From positions 317,248 to 381,247 of the forward strand of contig JBBCGO010000001.1 of the NCBI GenBank assembly GCA_037200925.1: DNA of 64,000 nt, in the 5' to 3' direction. Below the pieces are notes generated by a model. The model was not told where the DNA came from, ran no database searches, and saw only the letters and a list, made by a program, of their open reading frames with translations. Each line of letters starts with the position of its first letter. The first letter of the stretch is position 1. Both the position numbers and the translations under genes were made by a program. The DNA is from Candidatus Doudnabacteria bacterium (GTDB lineage Bacteria; Patescibacteriota; Doudnabacteria; UBA920; O2-02-FULL-48-8). This document shows, in pieces, positions 40,043 through 48,992 of the stretch.

Positions 40043-42175
40043 TTACTTACCTACCTGCCCGACTCTTATCTTTCCTGCTTCGCCGATGATCTTTTCTGAC
40101 ACGTGCTTCGGCACTTCTTCGTATTTGAGAAATTCCATGGTATAAGAAGCCTGGCCCTGCGACATGGACCTGATCTGCGTGGCGTAGCCGAACATTTCGG
40201 CCAATGGCACTTCCGCATCCACGACTTTGATGTTGCCGCGCTCGGTCATTTCCAGGATCTTGCCCCGCTTGGCGTTGAGGTCTCCGATGACATCGCCCAA
40301 AGATGATTCCGGGGTCAGCACTTCCACTTTCATAATAGGTTCCAAAAGAATTGGCTGGGCTTTTTTCACGGCATCCTGGAAAGCCATGGAGCCGGCGATC
40401 TTGAAAGCTATTTCGGATGAGTCAACTTCATGGTAGCTTCCATCGTAGAGAGTGGTTTTTACATTCAGCACCGGGAAACCCGCGATGACGCCGCGGTCTT
40501 CCGCTTCTTCTATTCCTTTTTCCACCGGCTTGATGTATTCCTTGGGGATCGTTCCGCCTACGACCTCGTTAACAAACTCGTTGCCTTTTGTCGGGTCATC
40601 CTGAGGCTCAATGCGGATGTAAACATGCCCGTATTGGCCGCGGCCGCCGGTCTGTCGGATGTATTTGCCTTCCGCTTCGGATTTTCCTTTGATAGTTTCT
40701 TTGTATGCGACCTGGGGACGGCCGACATTGGCTTCAACTTTAAATTCCCGCTTCATGCGGTCCACAATGATTTCCAGATGCAGTTCGCCCATGCCGGAGA
40801 TCAGGGTCTGATTGGTTTCTTCATCTGAGCGGATCCTGAAGGTCGGGTCTTCCTCGGCCAGTTTCTGCATGGCCAGGCCCATTTTCTCCTGGTCCTGCTT
40901 GGTCTTAGGTTCAATAGCCACCGAAATGACCGGTTCAGGGAATTTGATGCGCTCCAGTAAAATCGGATGATCGGCATCGCAAAGTGTATCGCCTGTGAAT
41001 GTGTCTTTCGGCCCCACTAAGGCTGCGATGTCGCCGGAAAAAACTTCTTTCACTTCTTCGCGCGAATCGGCATGCAGGCGGACCAGTCGGCCCACGCGTT
41101 CTTTGTTGCCTGACCGGGCATTGAGAATATACGAGCCGGTCTGCAGGGTCCCGGTGTAAACGCGGAAGAATGCCAATTTTCCCACGAACGGGTCAGTGGC
41201 TATTTTAAATGCCAAAGCTACGAACTTGTCCGAATCTTTCGGGGTCAATAAAATCTCTTCTTTGGTCTTCAGATTCGTGGCTTTGATCGGCGGCTTGTCC
41301 AGAGGAGACGGCAGATAATTCACCACGGCATCCAAAATACTGGTTACTATCAACCCGCGGCCATCACCGCCCAGAACCGGATAGAATTTTCCGGTCAAAG
41401 TGCTAAGCCTTATCGCTCTTACTAATTCTTCATCGCTGATCTCGGTTCCCGCCAGATACTTTTCCATCAAGGCATCGTCCGCCTCCACAACTTTTTCCAT
41501 AAGTTTCAAACGATATTCTTTGCACTTGGCCAGCATGTCAGCAGGCACTTCGCCTTCCACAAAACCTTTGTCTTTAAAATCTGTATAAGTATAAGACTTC
41601 ATTTTTACCAGATCCACGATACCGACGATGTCTTTTTCAAAACCGATCGGCAGCTGGATAGGATATGCGTTCGGGGACAGCCGCTTATGGATCGCATCCA
41701 AGGATTTATAAAAATCTCCGCCGGTTTGGTTGATCTTGTTTATAAAACACATGCGGGGCACCGAATATTTATCTGCCTGGCGCCACACAGTTTCGGATTG
41801 CGGTTCCACTCCCATTTTCCCGTCAAACACCACGACCGCGCCGTCCAGCACACGCAAAGAACGCTCCACTTCCACCGTAAAGTCTACGTGGCCCGGAGTA
41901 TCAATGATATTTATGCGGTGCGTATCTTCGGCCTTGCCGCCACTATGCAAACTTGGAGACCAAAAAGCCGTAGTGGCTGCAGCCGTGATCGTAATGCCGC
42001 GCTCGCGCTCCTGTTCCATCCAGTCCATGGCTGTGTTGCCTTCGTGCACTTCGCCTATCTTGTGGATCTTTCCCGTGTAAAACAAAATCGCCTCGGTAGT
42101 GGTGGTCTTACCGGCGTCAATGTGGGCAATTATCCCGATATTGCGTGTCTGTTCTAATGAATACTCACGTGGCAT
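40043..42175 (-). CDS. fusA: elongation factor G
   Basis: [12 protein letters not shown]..., 710 aa. Confidence 0.95.
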   Translation of the reverse strand: MPREYSLEQTRNIGIIAHIDAGKTTTTEAILFYTGKIHKIGEVHEGNTAMDWMEQERERGITITAAATTAFWSPSLHSGGKAEDTHRINIIDTPGHVDFTVEVERSLRVLDGAVVVFDGKMGVEPQSETVWRQADKYSVPRMCFINKINQTGGDFYKSLDAIHKRLSPNAYPIQLPIGFEKDIVGIVDLVKMKSYTYTDFKDKGFVEGEVPADMLAKCKEYRLKLMEKVVEADDALMEKYLAGTEISDEELVRAIRLSTLTGKFYPVLGGDGRGLIVTSILDAVVNYLPSPLDKPPIKATNLKTKEEILLTPKDSDKFVALAFKIATDPFVGKLAFFRVYTGTLQTGSYILNARSGNKERVGRLVRLHADSREEVKEVFSGDIAALVGPKDTFTGDTLCDADHPILLERIKFPEPVISVAIEPKTKQDQEKMGLAMQKLAEEDPTFRIRSDEETNQTLISGMGELHLEIIVDRMKREFKVEANVGRPQVAYKETIKGKSEAEGKYIRQTGGRGQYGHVYIRIEPQDDPTKGNEFVNEVVGGTIPKEYIKPVEKGIEEAEDRGVIAGFPVLNVKTTLYDGSYHEVDSSEIAFKIAGSMAFQDAVKKAQPILLEPIMKVEVLTPESSLGDVIGDLNAKRGKILEMTERGNIKVVDAEVPLAEMFGYATQIRSMSQGQASYTMEFLKYEEVPKHVSEKIIGEAGKIRVGQVGK

Positions 42176-42179
42176 TTAT

Positions 42180-42665
42180 TTACCTTCGTTGGAATCTTGC
42201 AAAATGAGCGAAGGCTTTGTTCGCTTCCGCCATCTTATGCACGTCTTCGCGCTTTTTGATGGCTGCGCCCTGCTTGTTGTAGGCTTCCATCAATTCCGTG
42301 GCCAGTTTTTCGGCCATGGGCTTTCCTTTTTTGGCGCGGGCCGCATCAATCACCCATTTCATGCCGAGCGTGGTTTTGCGCGGCTCCTGCACTTCCATCG
42401 GCACCTGATAATTGGCTCCGCCGATGCGGCGGCCCTTGACTTCAACCATCGGCGACACGTTGCGGATAGCCTGCTCAAAAACAGTTTTCGGATCCGCCTT
42501 CATATCAGTTTCAATTTTATCCATCGCGCCGTAAACCACTTTTGAAGCCACGGTCTTTTTGCCGCGGGTCATGACATAGTTAATGAACTTCGCGATCTTC
42601 ACGCTATTGTATTTGTTATCCGCCGTGACCGGATGTTTTTTATAGCTTCTTGCTTTCCTAGGCAT
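42180..42665 (-). CDS. rpsG: 30S ribosomal protein S7
   Basis: Start trimmed to MPRKARSYKKHP. Confidence 0.9.
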   Translation of the reverse strand: MPRKARSYKKHPVTADNKYNSVKIAKFINYVMTRGKKTVASKVVYGAMDKIETDMKADPKTVFEQAIRNVSPMVEVKGRRIGGANYQVPMEVQEPRKTTLGMKWVIDAARAKKGKPMAEKLATELMEAYNKQGAAIKKREDVHKMAEANKAFAHFARFQRR

Positions 42666-42666
42666 A

Positions 42667-43083
42667 CTATTCGGTCCTCTTCGCTCCGTACTTTGACCGG
42701 CCTTGCTTGCGGCCTTCCACTCCGGAGGCATCCAGTTTTCCGCGGACAATGTGATATCGAACGCCTGGTAAATCCTTCACGCGGCCGCCGCGGATCATGA
42801 CCACTGAGTGCTCCTGCAAATTATGGCCGATACCCGGGATATAGGCCGTGACTTCCATGCCGTTTGATAATCTAACGCGCGCGATCTTCCGCAAAGCCGA
42901 GTTTGGCTTTTTCGGCGTGGTGGTGGTGACTTTGATGCAAACTCCGCGCTTAAAAGGCGAACCCTTTGGCAAAGAATAAGGACTCCCTTGGAGCAGGTTA
43001 AAGCCGCGGTCCAGGGCCGGGGTTTTGGATTTATAAACTGATTTGGTTCGTCCTTTCCGGACAAGTTGATTTACTGTAGGCAT
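42667..43083 (-). CDS. rpsL: 30S ribosomal protein S12 (with approximately 13-aa insertion after ...SKTPAL)
   Basis: [12 protein letters not shown]...[16 protein letters not shown]...; the extra segment is [17 protein letters not shown]. Confidence 0.9.
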   Translation of the reverse strand: MPTVNQLVRKGRTKSVYKSKTPALDRGFNLLQGSPYSLPKGSPFKRGVCIKVTTTTPKKPNSALRKIARVRLSNGMEVTAYIPGIGHNLQEHSVVMIRGGRVKDLPGVRYHIVRGKLDASGVEGRKQGRSKYGAKRTE

Positions 43084-43340
43084 GTCGTCGCAATTGGTCG
43101 AACCTTCGCAATTTTGCTTTGCAAAATATGCTACGGTCGACGTATTGCTCCTCTCGAAAAAATTGTTCTCGACGCTTCGCGTCTGCGACTCAATTTTTTC
43201 GTAATATTAATTTAGTTAAATTCGGCAAATTAAAACGGCTCATTAGCCGTTGTTGCAACTCAAAACAACGAATTTAATTACTGGCAAATCCTAACAAGTT
43301 TTTGAAGGTGTGTCAACAAATAAAGCAAAAAATCTGGCAA

Positions 43341-43369
43341 TTGACAAACTAAACATTTTATGCTAAAAT
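43341..43369 (+). promoter_or_regulatory. sigma70-type promoter for islet 2
   Basis: TTGACA-17 nt-TAAAAT. Confidence 0.55.
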
Positions 43370-43432
43370 AATAAGTTGGCAATACTGTCAACCTGTGATG
43401 TGCACAGCGATGTGTGCTTAGAGGAGAACAGT

Positions 43433-43603
43433 GTGGCGAAACCAAGTAAGAAAAAGGTCTGGACGAATCGAGAGATCTTTGAAGCCGCTCAATTCAAGGC
43501 TCTCAAAGTTCTAGATAAATCGCGCCGGCAAAAACTGAGGCCCGATCCGATCGACGATGAGCCTCAACTGAGTCTCGGCCTCGGTATCCATCTCAAGCGT
43601 TAG
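43433..43603 (+). CDS. hypothetical small basic protein (56 aa), islet 2
   Basis: GTG start 6 nt after GAGGAG; VAKPSKKKVWTNREIFEAAQFKALKVL...; stop lies 4 nt before the next gene. Confidence 0.4.
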   Translation: MAKPSKKKVWTNREIFEAAQFKALKVLDKSRRQKLRPDPIDDEPQLSLGLGIHLKR

Positions 43604-43607
43604 GAGA

Positions 43608-43925
43608 ATGATGGCTGCCAAACGGATCGAGAACTACAAACTTGGGAACATAGCGAACTTCGACAGATTGAAAAACACAGGCATTATCACACCCGAGATT
43701 GACGGTTGCAAACTGCAGTTCAGTTTCGAGAGTATCGCCCAACCGAGATTTGAAAACGGCATCATCGTCTGCCGTGGTCTAGTGCAGCCGATAAATCACA
43801 GGCGACCCAGGATCGGAGAGCAGATTCTCTATCTGACATCAGGCAATCGGCGCCCGGAGGTCATATCCTGGATAACCCTCACCGACGTCGGCAAGCTTGT
43901 CTGGCAAGAGGGGGCAACATCATAG
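43608..43925 (+). CDS. hypothetical protein (105 aa), islet 2
   Basis: SD AGGAGA; no recognisable domain. Confidence 0.45.
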   Translation: MMAAKRIENYKLGNIANFDRLKNTGIITPEIDGCKLQFSFESIAQPRFENGIIVCRGLVQPINHRRPRIGEQILYLTSGNRRPEVISWITLTDVGKLVWQEGATS

Positions 43926-44036
43926 TATAACGTTCGCAGAAATTGGCAAGATCGCCTGGGAGAAGTCTTGCGGACAATACAACATGGCAACTCGCAATAA
44001 CGAGTAGCTGACAGGAGGATGAACGAAAACTACAAA

Positions 44037-44076
44037 GGCGAGTTTGCATTAATGCAAACTCGCCTATTCTTTTTGT
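44037..44076 (+). terminator. intrinsic terminator
   Basis: GGCGAGTTTGCA-ttaa-TGCAAACTCGCC followed by TATTCTTTTTGT. Confidence 0.7.
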
Positions 44077-44092
44077 TCGAAAATTTGCGGCA

Positions 44093-44121
44093 TTGACGGG
44101 AACGAAAAAAAATGATAGAAA
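44093..44121 (+). promoter_or_regulatory. candidate promoter
   Basis: TTGACG-17 nt-TAGAAA. Confidence 0.35.
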
Positions 44122-44169
44122 AAATGCATTGTTCTCATCTAGCCATTTTCAACTGACCAAGGGGGGAAA

Positions 44170-44655
44170 ATGTCAGGGCAACCGAAACTTGCGGACGGCA
44201 TTGAGCATGGCAAAGTGAAATTCTTCACCAGCACCGGAGGCAGGAACTTCGGGTTCATCACACGCATCGGCAAACCTGATCTCCACTTCCATCACGACTT
44301 AGGTACTGCTTGGACATGCGTTAACGGCGAATTCTGTTTCGCAGGCAGGCACTGCAATCTGCCGAGCAGATTTGCCAAGCAGCATGACGATATCTATTTT
44401 ATCGAAGGCCGGACCAAGAAAGGCCCGACCGCCGCTCCCTGGGCCCTTGGCGAGGACCTCGATCGGTTGATCAAAGCGCGAAGCAGAAACACGGTCACCA
44501 ACACCGGCACAGAGGCCATCCGTCGGCCGCGCGAGCCCGTGACCTCAGAAGACCGTTTCGAAACCGGCGACGACTTTGTCGATCGGATCGATCGAATAGA
44601 AGGTCGCAGAGCCACGGACAGGATGTTGTCGCGAATGCTTCACGATGATGACTGA
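44170..44655 (+). CDS. cold-shock-domain-like protein with charged C-terminal extension (161 aa)
   Basis: GKVKFFTSTGGRNFGFI...DLHFHHD...IYFIEGRTKKGPTAAPWAL resembles the CSD pattern (GxVKWFNxxKGFGFI...VHF...GP.A.NV). Confidence 0.45.
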   Translation: MSGQPKLADGIEHGKVKFFTSTGGRNFGFITRIGKPDLHFHHDLGTAWTCVNGEFCFAGRHCNLPSRFAKQHDDIYFIEGRTKKGPTAAPWALGEDLDRLIKARSRNTVTNTGTEAIRRPREPVTSEDRFETGDDFVDRIDRIEGRRATDRMLSRMLHDDD

Positions 44656-44685
44656 ATCGGCAACGATTTGGAAGATAAAAAACAA

Positions 44686-44726
44686 AGGCGCCCGGTCATA
44701 AAAGACCCGGACGCCTCTTCTTTTTG
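44686..44726 (+). terminator. intrinsic terminator
   Basis: AGGCGCCCGG-tcataaaaga-CCCGGACGCCT followed by CTTCTTTTT. Confidence 0.55.
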
Positions 44727-44729
44727 CCA

Positions 44730-44758
44730 TTGACTTATAGCTCCAATAAGTCTAGAAT
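44730..44758 (+). promoter_or_regulatory. sigma70-type promoter
   Basis: TTGACT-17 nt-TAGAAT. Confidence 0.5.
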
Positions 44759-44783
44759 TATCTCCTCACAACAGGAGGATGAA

Positions 44784-45335
44784 ATGTACAAGGCTGGTAC
44801 GATCACGCTTGTCGCGCCAAGCCTTGGAACGGCTTTGGCAGTCAATGGCGGAGAAAAATGGCTTGTTCAGCAGAACCGCAGAGGTCAGTTTATACAAGGA
44901 CTGGAACAACCCGAACTGACTGAATCTTCGGCGGAAACTAGGCAACGTCTGCCGATACGGTCTGAGGTCATTTATTTCATTGAGGATGAGAATGACCCTG
45001 CTGCGGTAAAGCTGTGGGCCACAAAACAGGACTACCTGGACATAGAAGAAATCATTCGGCAGCGAAAAGAATCAGACCAGCAGAAAGAAGAAATGGCGTC
45101 TCGGCCCAAGATCCGTGTCATGGAGCAACTCATCGAGCGAGGTATCCTGATCGGTGAGGCGAAACCGGTCATAAACGAAATATTCCTTGATGACTTTCTC
45201 AGGCAATATTCGATCATCAGACGCCACGATACGTTCGCTACATCAGGCGATTTTTATCAAACCCGCAAACGCTGGTTTGAACAACTAACGCCGGAAGGCT
45301 GGGTTCAAACTCCGGACCCGCGCCGGAAGTTATAA
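44784..45335 (+). CDS. hypothetical protein (183 aa), islet 2
   Basis: ATG preceded by AGGAGG; MYKAGTITLVAPSLGTALAVNGGEKW...; no recognisable domain. Confidence 0.45.
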   Translation: MYKAGTITLVAPSLGTALAVNGGEKWLVQQNRRGQFIQGLEQPELTESSAETRQRLPIRSEVIYFIEDENDPAAVKLWATKQDYLDIEEIIRQRKESDQQKEEMASRPKIRVMEQLIERGILIGEAKPVINEIFLDDFLRQYSIIRRHDTFATSGDFYQTRKRWFEQLTPEGWVQTPDPRRKL

Positions 45336-45337
45336 CA

Positions 45338-45376
45338 CGGCGAGTTTGCGCAGCGCGCTAGCTCGCCTCTTTTTTA
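45338..45376. terminator. GC-rich hairpin plus T8; its 5' arm matches the terminator at 44037
   Basis: GGCGAGTTTGCgcagcgcgctagCTCGCC followed by TCTTTTTT. Confidence 0.55.
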
Positions 45377-46030
45377 TTAAAAACCCAGCGGCGCGTTGGG
45401 ACCCAGCAAAAATTTCAGGAAAAAAACCAGCGGCGGCAGAACTATGCTTTGCAAAACACCTGTATACAGCAATATGGCCAAAACCGCGAACAGCCAAATG
45501 CCAAACCGCTCCAAGGATAAAATAGCGTACATCCATGCTTCATTAAAATAACCTAAAATGCTCGCTAAAACTTTGGAACCGTCCAGAGGCGGAACCGGGA
45601 TGAGATTAAAAAAACAAAGCACTAAATTCAAGCTCACGGTTTCTATCAGCAGATCTTGCCCCATTGCGGAAATATTCGGCACCAGCCTGAAAACTGCGGC
45701 CGCCAAAATTGCCAGCAAAAAATTCGTAGCTACGCCCGCAATTGCGACCAAAAACATATCACGCTTAAGATTTTTGAAATTCCTGTAATCCACCGGCACC
45801 GGCTTGGCCGCACCGAACACGAACATACCGTGAGTGGCCCAAAACAAAAATAGAGGCAGTAAAATTGAGCCGAACGGATCTATGTGCGGTATGGGATTAA
45901 GGGTCAGCCGTCCTGCTTCACGCGCAGTCGGGTCCCCCAGTTTTTCCGCCACCAAACCATGCGCGACTTCATGAAAGATCACGGAGAACAGCAAGATCAA
46001 AATAAATATGATGATCGAGATCGGGTCCAT
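45377..46030 (-). CDS. M50-family (site-2 protease-like) membrane metalloprotease
   Basis: HEVAHGLVAEKLGDPTAREAGRLTLNPIPHIDPFG. Confidence 0.8.
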   Translation of the reverse strand: MDPISIIIFILILLFSVIFHEVAHGLVAEKLGDPTAREAGRLTLNPIPHIDPFGSILLPLFLFWATHGMFVFGAAKPVPVDYRNFKNLKRDMFLVAIAGVATNFLLAILAAAVFRLVPNISAMGQDLLIETVSLNLVLCFFNLIPVPPLDGSKVLASILGYFNEAWMYAILSLERFGIWLFAVLAILLYTGVLQSIVLPPLVFFLKFLLGPNAPLGF

Positions 46031-46121
46031 ATGACTTGATAAATTCCTTTTATTATGCTAACCTTAACCAGTGCTTATTCATCATAAGCATTATTTATTT
46101 CTTTAACAAGTGGAGCATTTT

Positions 46122-46313
46122 ATGGCAAGAGTTTGCGAAATTTGCGGCAAAGGCTATCTCGCCACGTTTACGCGGTCCCATTCCATGCGCAAGACCAAGG
46201 TCCGGCTCTATCCCAATCTCCAACGGTTGACCTTGGATCACGGCAAGAGGGTCAAGGCTTGTACCAAATGTATCAAGACGCACAACCGTAAAATGGTGGC
46301 AGTCGCCGTATAA
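46122..46313 (+). CDS. rpmB: 50S ribosomal protein L28
   Basis: MARVCEICGKGYLATFTRSHSMRKTKVRLYPNLQ; SD GTGGAG. Confidence 0.8.
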   Translation: MARVCEICGKGYLATFTRSHSMRKTKVRLYPNLQRLTLDHGKRVKACTKCIKTHNRKMVAVAV

Positions 46314-46346
46314 AAAATCCCCGTCAAATGACCGGGGATTTTTTGT
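46314..46346. terminator. bidirectional terminator between rpmB (+) and mscL (-)
   Basis: AAAAAATCCCCG-tcaaatgac-CGGGGATTTTTTG. Confidence 0.65.
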
Positions 46347-46733
46347 TTAGCTTAATTGCGAGGTGCAGTTCGGGCAGCGTGTGGCTTTCAGTGCTATCGG
46401 CGTGATACAGAACGGACATTCTTTCGTATTCGGGACGTCTTTAGGTACACGGCTCAAACGGTTGAACTGCTTGATCACCAAAAATACGGCAAATGCCACA
46501 ATGAAAAAATTTATAAGCGCATTCAGGAAAGATCCGAAAGCCAATGAATGGTGAAAAAATACCAATTTTAAATTGGCAAAATAAATATGCCCGGTGAATA
46601 TACTTATGATCGGATTGATGATATCGGTAACCAAAGAGTTGACCACTTGGCCAAAAGCCGCCCCGATCACTACGCCGACCGCCAGTTCTAAGGCGCTGCC
46701 TCTGATTGCGAATTCCTTAAATTCTTTCCACAT
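46347..46733 (-). CDS. mscL: large-conductance mechanosensitive channel MscL with C-terminal zinc ribbon
   Basis: MWKEFKEFAIRGSALELAVGVVIGAAFGQVVNSLV...; tail CPFCITPIALKATRCPNCTSQLS. Confidence 0.8.
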   Translation of the reverse strand: MWKEFKEFAIRGSALELAVGVVIGAAFGQVVNSLVTDIINPIISIFTGHIYFANLKLVFFHHSLAFGSFLNALINFFIVAFAVFLVIKQFNRLSRVPKDVPNTKECPFCITPIALKATRCPNCTSQLS

Positions 46734-46743
46734 ATACCCTATC

Positions 46744-47679
46744 TTACACTGTTCGGGCTTCGGCTTCAACCGCTTTTTTATCCGGCAGATTTTCGTTCAC
46801 AATTGTCAGTTTCGTGATCGCAAACAGCAAAATTGCCCCGCCATAAATTTGCATCCCAGATAAAGTAGCACCAAGGAATTTCCAGTTCACGATCACGGCC
46901 GCGAACGGAAAAGCCAGCTCGCAAAGCGTCGCTACTGAGGCTTTGGTTGAGCGCAGGCCGTAATAATAGATCATAAGCGAAATAAACCCTGCGACAATGG
47001 CGGTGATAAACACGAATCCCCAATCTTTTTTTGTGGTCAAGGCCAGCTCCGGCAAAGCATGATAATAAATTTCAAGAAAGAAAAGAAAAACCAAGGCTGA
47101 GAGAAACCGAAGCCCGGTCATAACTTGAAAACTGACTTTATTCAGCACAAACCTCCCGAACACGGTTGACCCGCCCCAGAAAAACGCGGCTCCCAAAGCC
47201 AGCAGCACTCCTAAGGTATTGGAGTTCCAGGTAAAACCCGTCGGCCGCAGGTCAGGAAATGAAATAATGTAGGCGCCAAAAATCGCCACAACGGCCCAAA
47301 GCCAAAAATTCTTGGACAAATTTTCTTTCAAGATCCAGGCGGCCAGACCGATCGCGATCAAGGGCTGGAGTTTTTGCAATAAAATCGCGACAGTAGGGTT
47401 CAAATAGTGGAAGCTTTGCGTAAACAAAACTGTGGCCAGGGCGGAACCGCCAAAACCGATGAAAATAACTGACAGCCATTCGCGCCATGTCAGATTTTTT
47501 AATTCATGCAAGCGAGGCAATAAGATCGCTATTGCCAGAACTGCGATCATGATGTGTTCCATCAAAACGATCGTGGTCGATGACAGCTGAGTCGTTAAAT
47601 ATTTGCGGAACGGCGCGTCCACTGCCCACAAAATCGCCGCAAAGGTCACGAACCAAGGCCCAAATTTGTCGTTTTTCAT
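46744..47679 (-). CDS. EamA/DMT-family transporter, putative riboflavin transporter (ImpX-like) under FMN riboswitch control
   Basis: 10-TM EamA-like protein. Start set to the ATG at 47679, immediately after the riboswitch terminator. Confidence 0.7.
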   Translation of the reverse strand: MKNDKFGPWFVTFAAILWAVDAPFRKYLTTQLSSTTIVLMEHIMIAVLAIAILLPRLHELKNLTWREWLSVIFIGFGGSALATVLFTQSFHYLNPTVAILLQKLQPLIAIGLAAWILKENLSKNFWLWAVVAIFGAYIISFPDLRPTGFTWNSNTLGVLLALGAAFFWGGSTVFGRFVLNKVSFQVMTGLRFLSALVFLFFLEIYYHALPELALTTKKDWGFVFITAIVAGFISLMIYYYGLRSTKASVATLCELAFPFAAVIVNWKFLGATLSGMQIYGGAILLFAITKLTIVNENLPDKKAVEAEARTV

Positions 47680-47705
47680 AAAAATAAAACCCTGTTCTTT
47701 CAGGG
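47680..47705 (-). terminator. riboswitch expression-platform terminator
   Basis: Minus strand: CCCUGAAAGAACAGGG followed by UUUUAUUUUUAUG (start codon). Confidence 0.6.
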
Positions 47706-47719
47706 CAAACGCAAAAAAC

Positions 47720-47850
47720 CTGCCTTCTTTCATCCGGACTTTACCGTCGCCTCTGGAATTGCACCAGATCAGCCCAGTTCCAGTTCTTCAAACTGGGGCT
47801 GGGGTCGCGGGGTTTACCGCCGGTGGGGACTTACACCCCGCCCTGAAGGA
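47720..47850 (-). promoter_or_regulatory. FMN riboswitch (RFN element)
   Basis: Minus strand: UCCUUCAGGGCGGGGUGUAAGUCCCCACCGGCGGUAAACCCCGCGACCC...GCAAUUCCAGAGGCGACGGUAAAGUCCGGAUGAAAGAAGG. Matches the RFN consensus GGGCAGGGUGAAAUUCCCGACCGGCGGUA...CCGACAGUGAAAGUCUGGAUGGGAGAAGG. Confidence 0.85.
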
Positions 47851-47852
47851 TA

Positions 47853-48212
47853 TTAATTGCTTGAATTATAACTTTTGAAAAACTCTCTTGCAAGCTGCTC
47901 ATCCTGCTTCATTTGTTCGATCAGCGCTTGTTCGGATTCAAATTTTTGATTCTCACGCAGTTTTTTTATTGTCTCTACCTCAATTTTTTGGTTATAAAGG
48001 TCATCTGAAAAATCTAAAATATAAATTTCCGCTTTTCGGTCAGTCTCGCCAAAGGTTTGAGCCGCACCAATAAAAACCAAAGCCGGTTTGCTGTTTGCCA
48101 GCCCGATATAAAGTCCGTCTGGCAGATCTTTCGGAACGTCAAGATTTGCCGTTGCAAATCCCAGATCTTTTCCGCGCCCTGCTCCTTTTTTTACAATTCC
48201 CGAAAACTTCAT
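47853..48212 (-). CDS. monofunctional riboflavin kinase
   Basis: GIVKKGAGRGKDLGFATANL, the riboflavin-kinase domain motif. Confidence 0.75.
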   Translation of the reverse strand: MKFSGIVKKGAGRGKDLGFATANLDVPKDLPDGLYIGLANSKPALVFIGAAQTFGETDRKAEIYILDFSDDLYNQKIEVETIKKLRENQKFESEQALIEQMKQDEQLAREFFKSYNSSN

Positions 48213-48625
48213 CTGCTCTTTTTTCTGATTATTGAGCTCTTAAATACCTCGGGTCGAAAGGGTTTGAGTCTTATTACTTTGGTCTTCAACCCTCGCTTCT
48301 GCAATTCTTTGGGCAGATTTCCAACAAAAGACCCTTGGTCATAACCAAGCGCAATTAAGTCAGGTTTTTCTTTTTTGATGTGCGGCCACGGGTCTTTGGT
48401 GCCGCCCAAAACGACTCTGTTTGCAAGCTTCAGTTGTTTGACATGCTGAGCGCGTTTTTTTTCGTCAAAAACAGGGGACTTCTCTTTGATTCTTTTCACA
48501 TTCAAATCTCTGGCAACGGAAACTATCAAAAACGTCCCCAATTTTTTTGCCTGCTTAATAAAACTAATATGCCCCGGATGCAGCAGATCAAAAACTCCGA
48601 ATACCATGACTTTCTTCATGACCAA
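48209..48625 (-). CDS. cytidylyltransferase-like FMN adenylyltransferase (RibL/TagD-like)
   Basis: VFGVFDLLHPGHISFIKQAKKLG (HxGH nucleotidyltransferase motif), DLIALGYDQ. Likely ATG at 48619. Overlaps the riboflavin kinase by 4 nt. Confidence 0.6.
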   Translation of the reverse strand: MVMKKVMVFGVFDLLHPGHISFIKQAKKLGTFLIVSVARDLNVKRIKEKSPVFDEKKRAQHVKQLKLANRVVLGGTKDPWPHIKKEKPDLIALGYDQGSFVGNLPKELQKRGLKTKVIRLKPFRPEVFKSSIIRKKSR

Positions 48626-48658
48626 ATCATAGCGAATTTTGGGAAAAAAAAGAAGACT

Positions 48659-48687
48659 TTGATTATATCTAACATAAAGACTATAAT
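48659..48687 (+). promoter_or_regulatory. promoter for tRNA-Pro
   Basis: TTGATT-17 nt-TATAAT, 20 nt upstream of the tRNA. Confidence 0.5.
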
Positions 48688-48706
48688 AGACTAGCTAAAA
48701 AATTAT

Positions 48707-48780
48707 CGGGGTGTAGTATACCGGTAGTACGCGCCCATGGGGTGGGTGTAGACCGGGTCCAATTCCCGGCACCCCGACCA
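48707..48780 (+). tRNA. tRNA-Pro (anticodon GGG)
   Basis: 7-bp acceptor stem CGGGGTG/CACCCCG plus A-CCA, U8, A14, anticodon loop AUGGGGU, T-arm CCGGG/CCCGG. Confidence 0.8.
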
Positions 48781-48787
48781 AGAAAAA

Positions 48788-48812
48788 ATCTCAACGTCTG
48801 TTGGGATTTTTT
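48788..48812 (+). terminator. terminator after tRNA-Pro
   Basis: ATCTCAAC-gtct-GTTGGGAT followed by TTTTT. Confidence 0.5.
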
Positions 48813-48992
48813 CTATAATAGACAAATATAAAAAAGAAGCCCGAAGATTGCTCTTCAGGCTATATGGTGGCACGAATTTCCGCGATTGTGCGGATAGGCG
48901 GACAAACTTTCTCCTGCTCATCGGCGCGGCGCTGCTGGGGTACTGGACGATCATCTGTTCGGCGAGTTTGCTCAGACATGGCTCTCTGTCCT

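Noticed and set aside
44019-44096. 25-codon ORF with an AGGAGG SD between islet-2 units
   Set aside because: It consists largely of the terminator hairpin sequence. It is more likely a terminator than a coding gene.
47720-47850. Initial impression of a TPP riboswitch (CUGAUCUGG segment)
   Set aside because: No CUGAGA box. The full element instead matches the FMN/RFN consensus at both conserved halves, and the genomic context is riboflavin metabolism.
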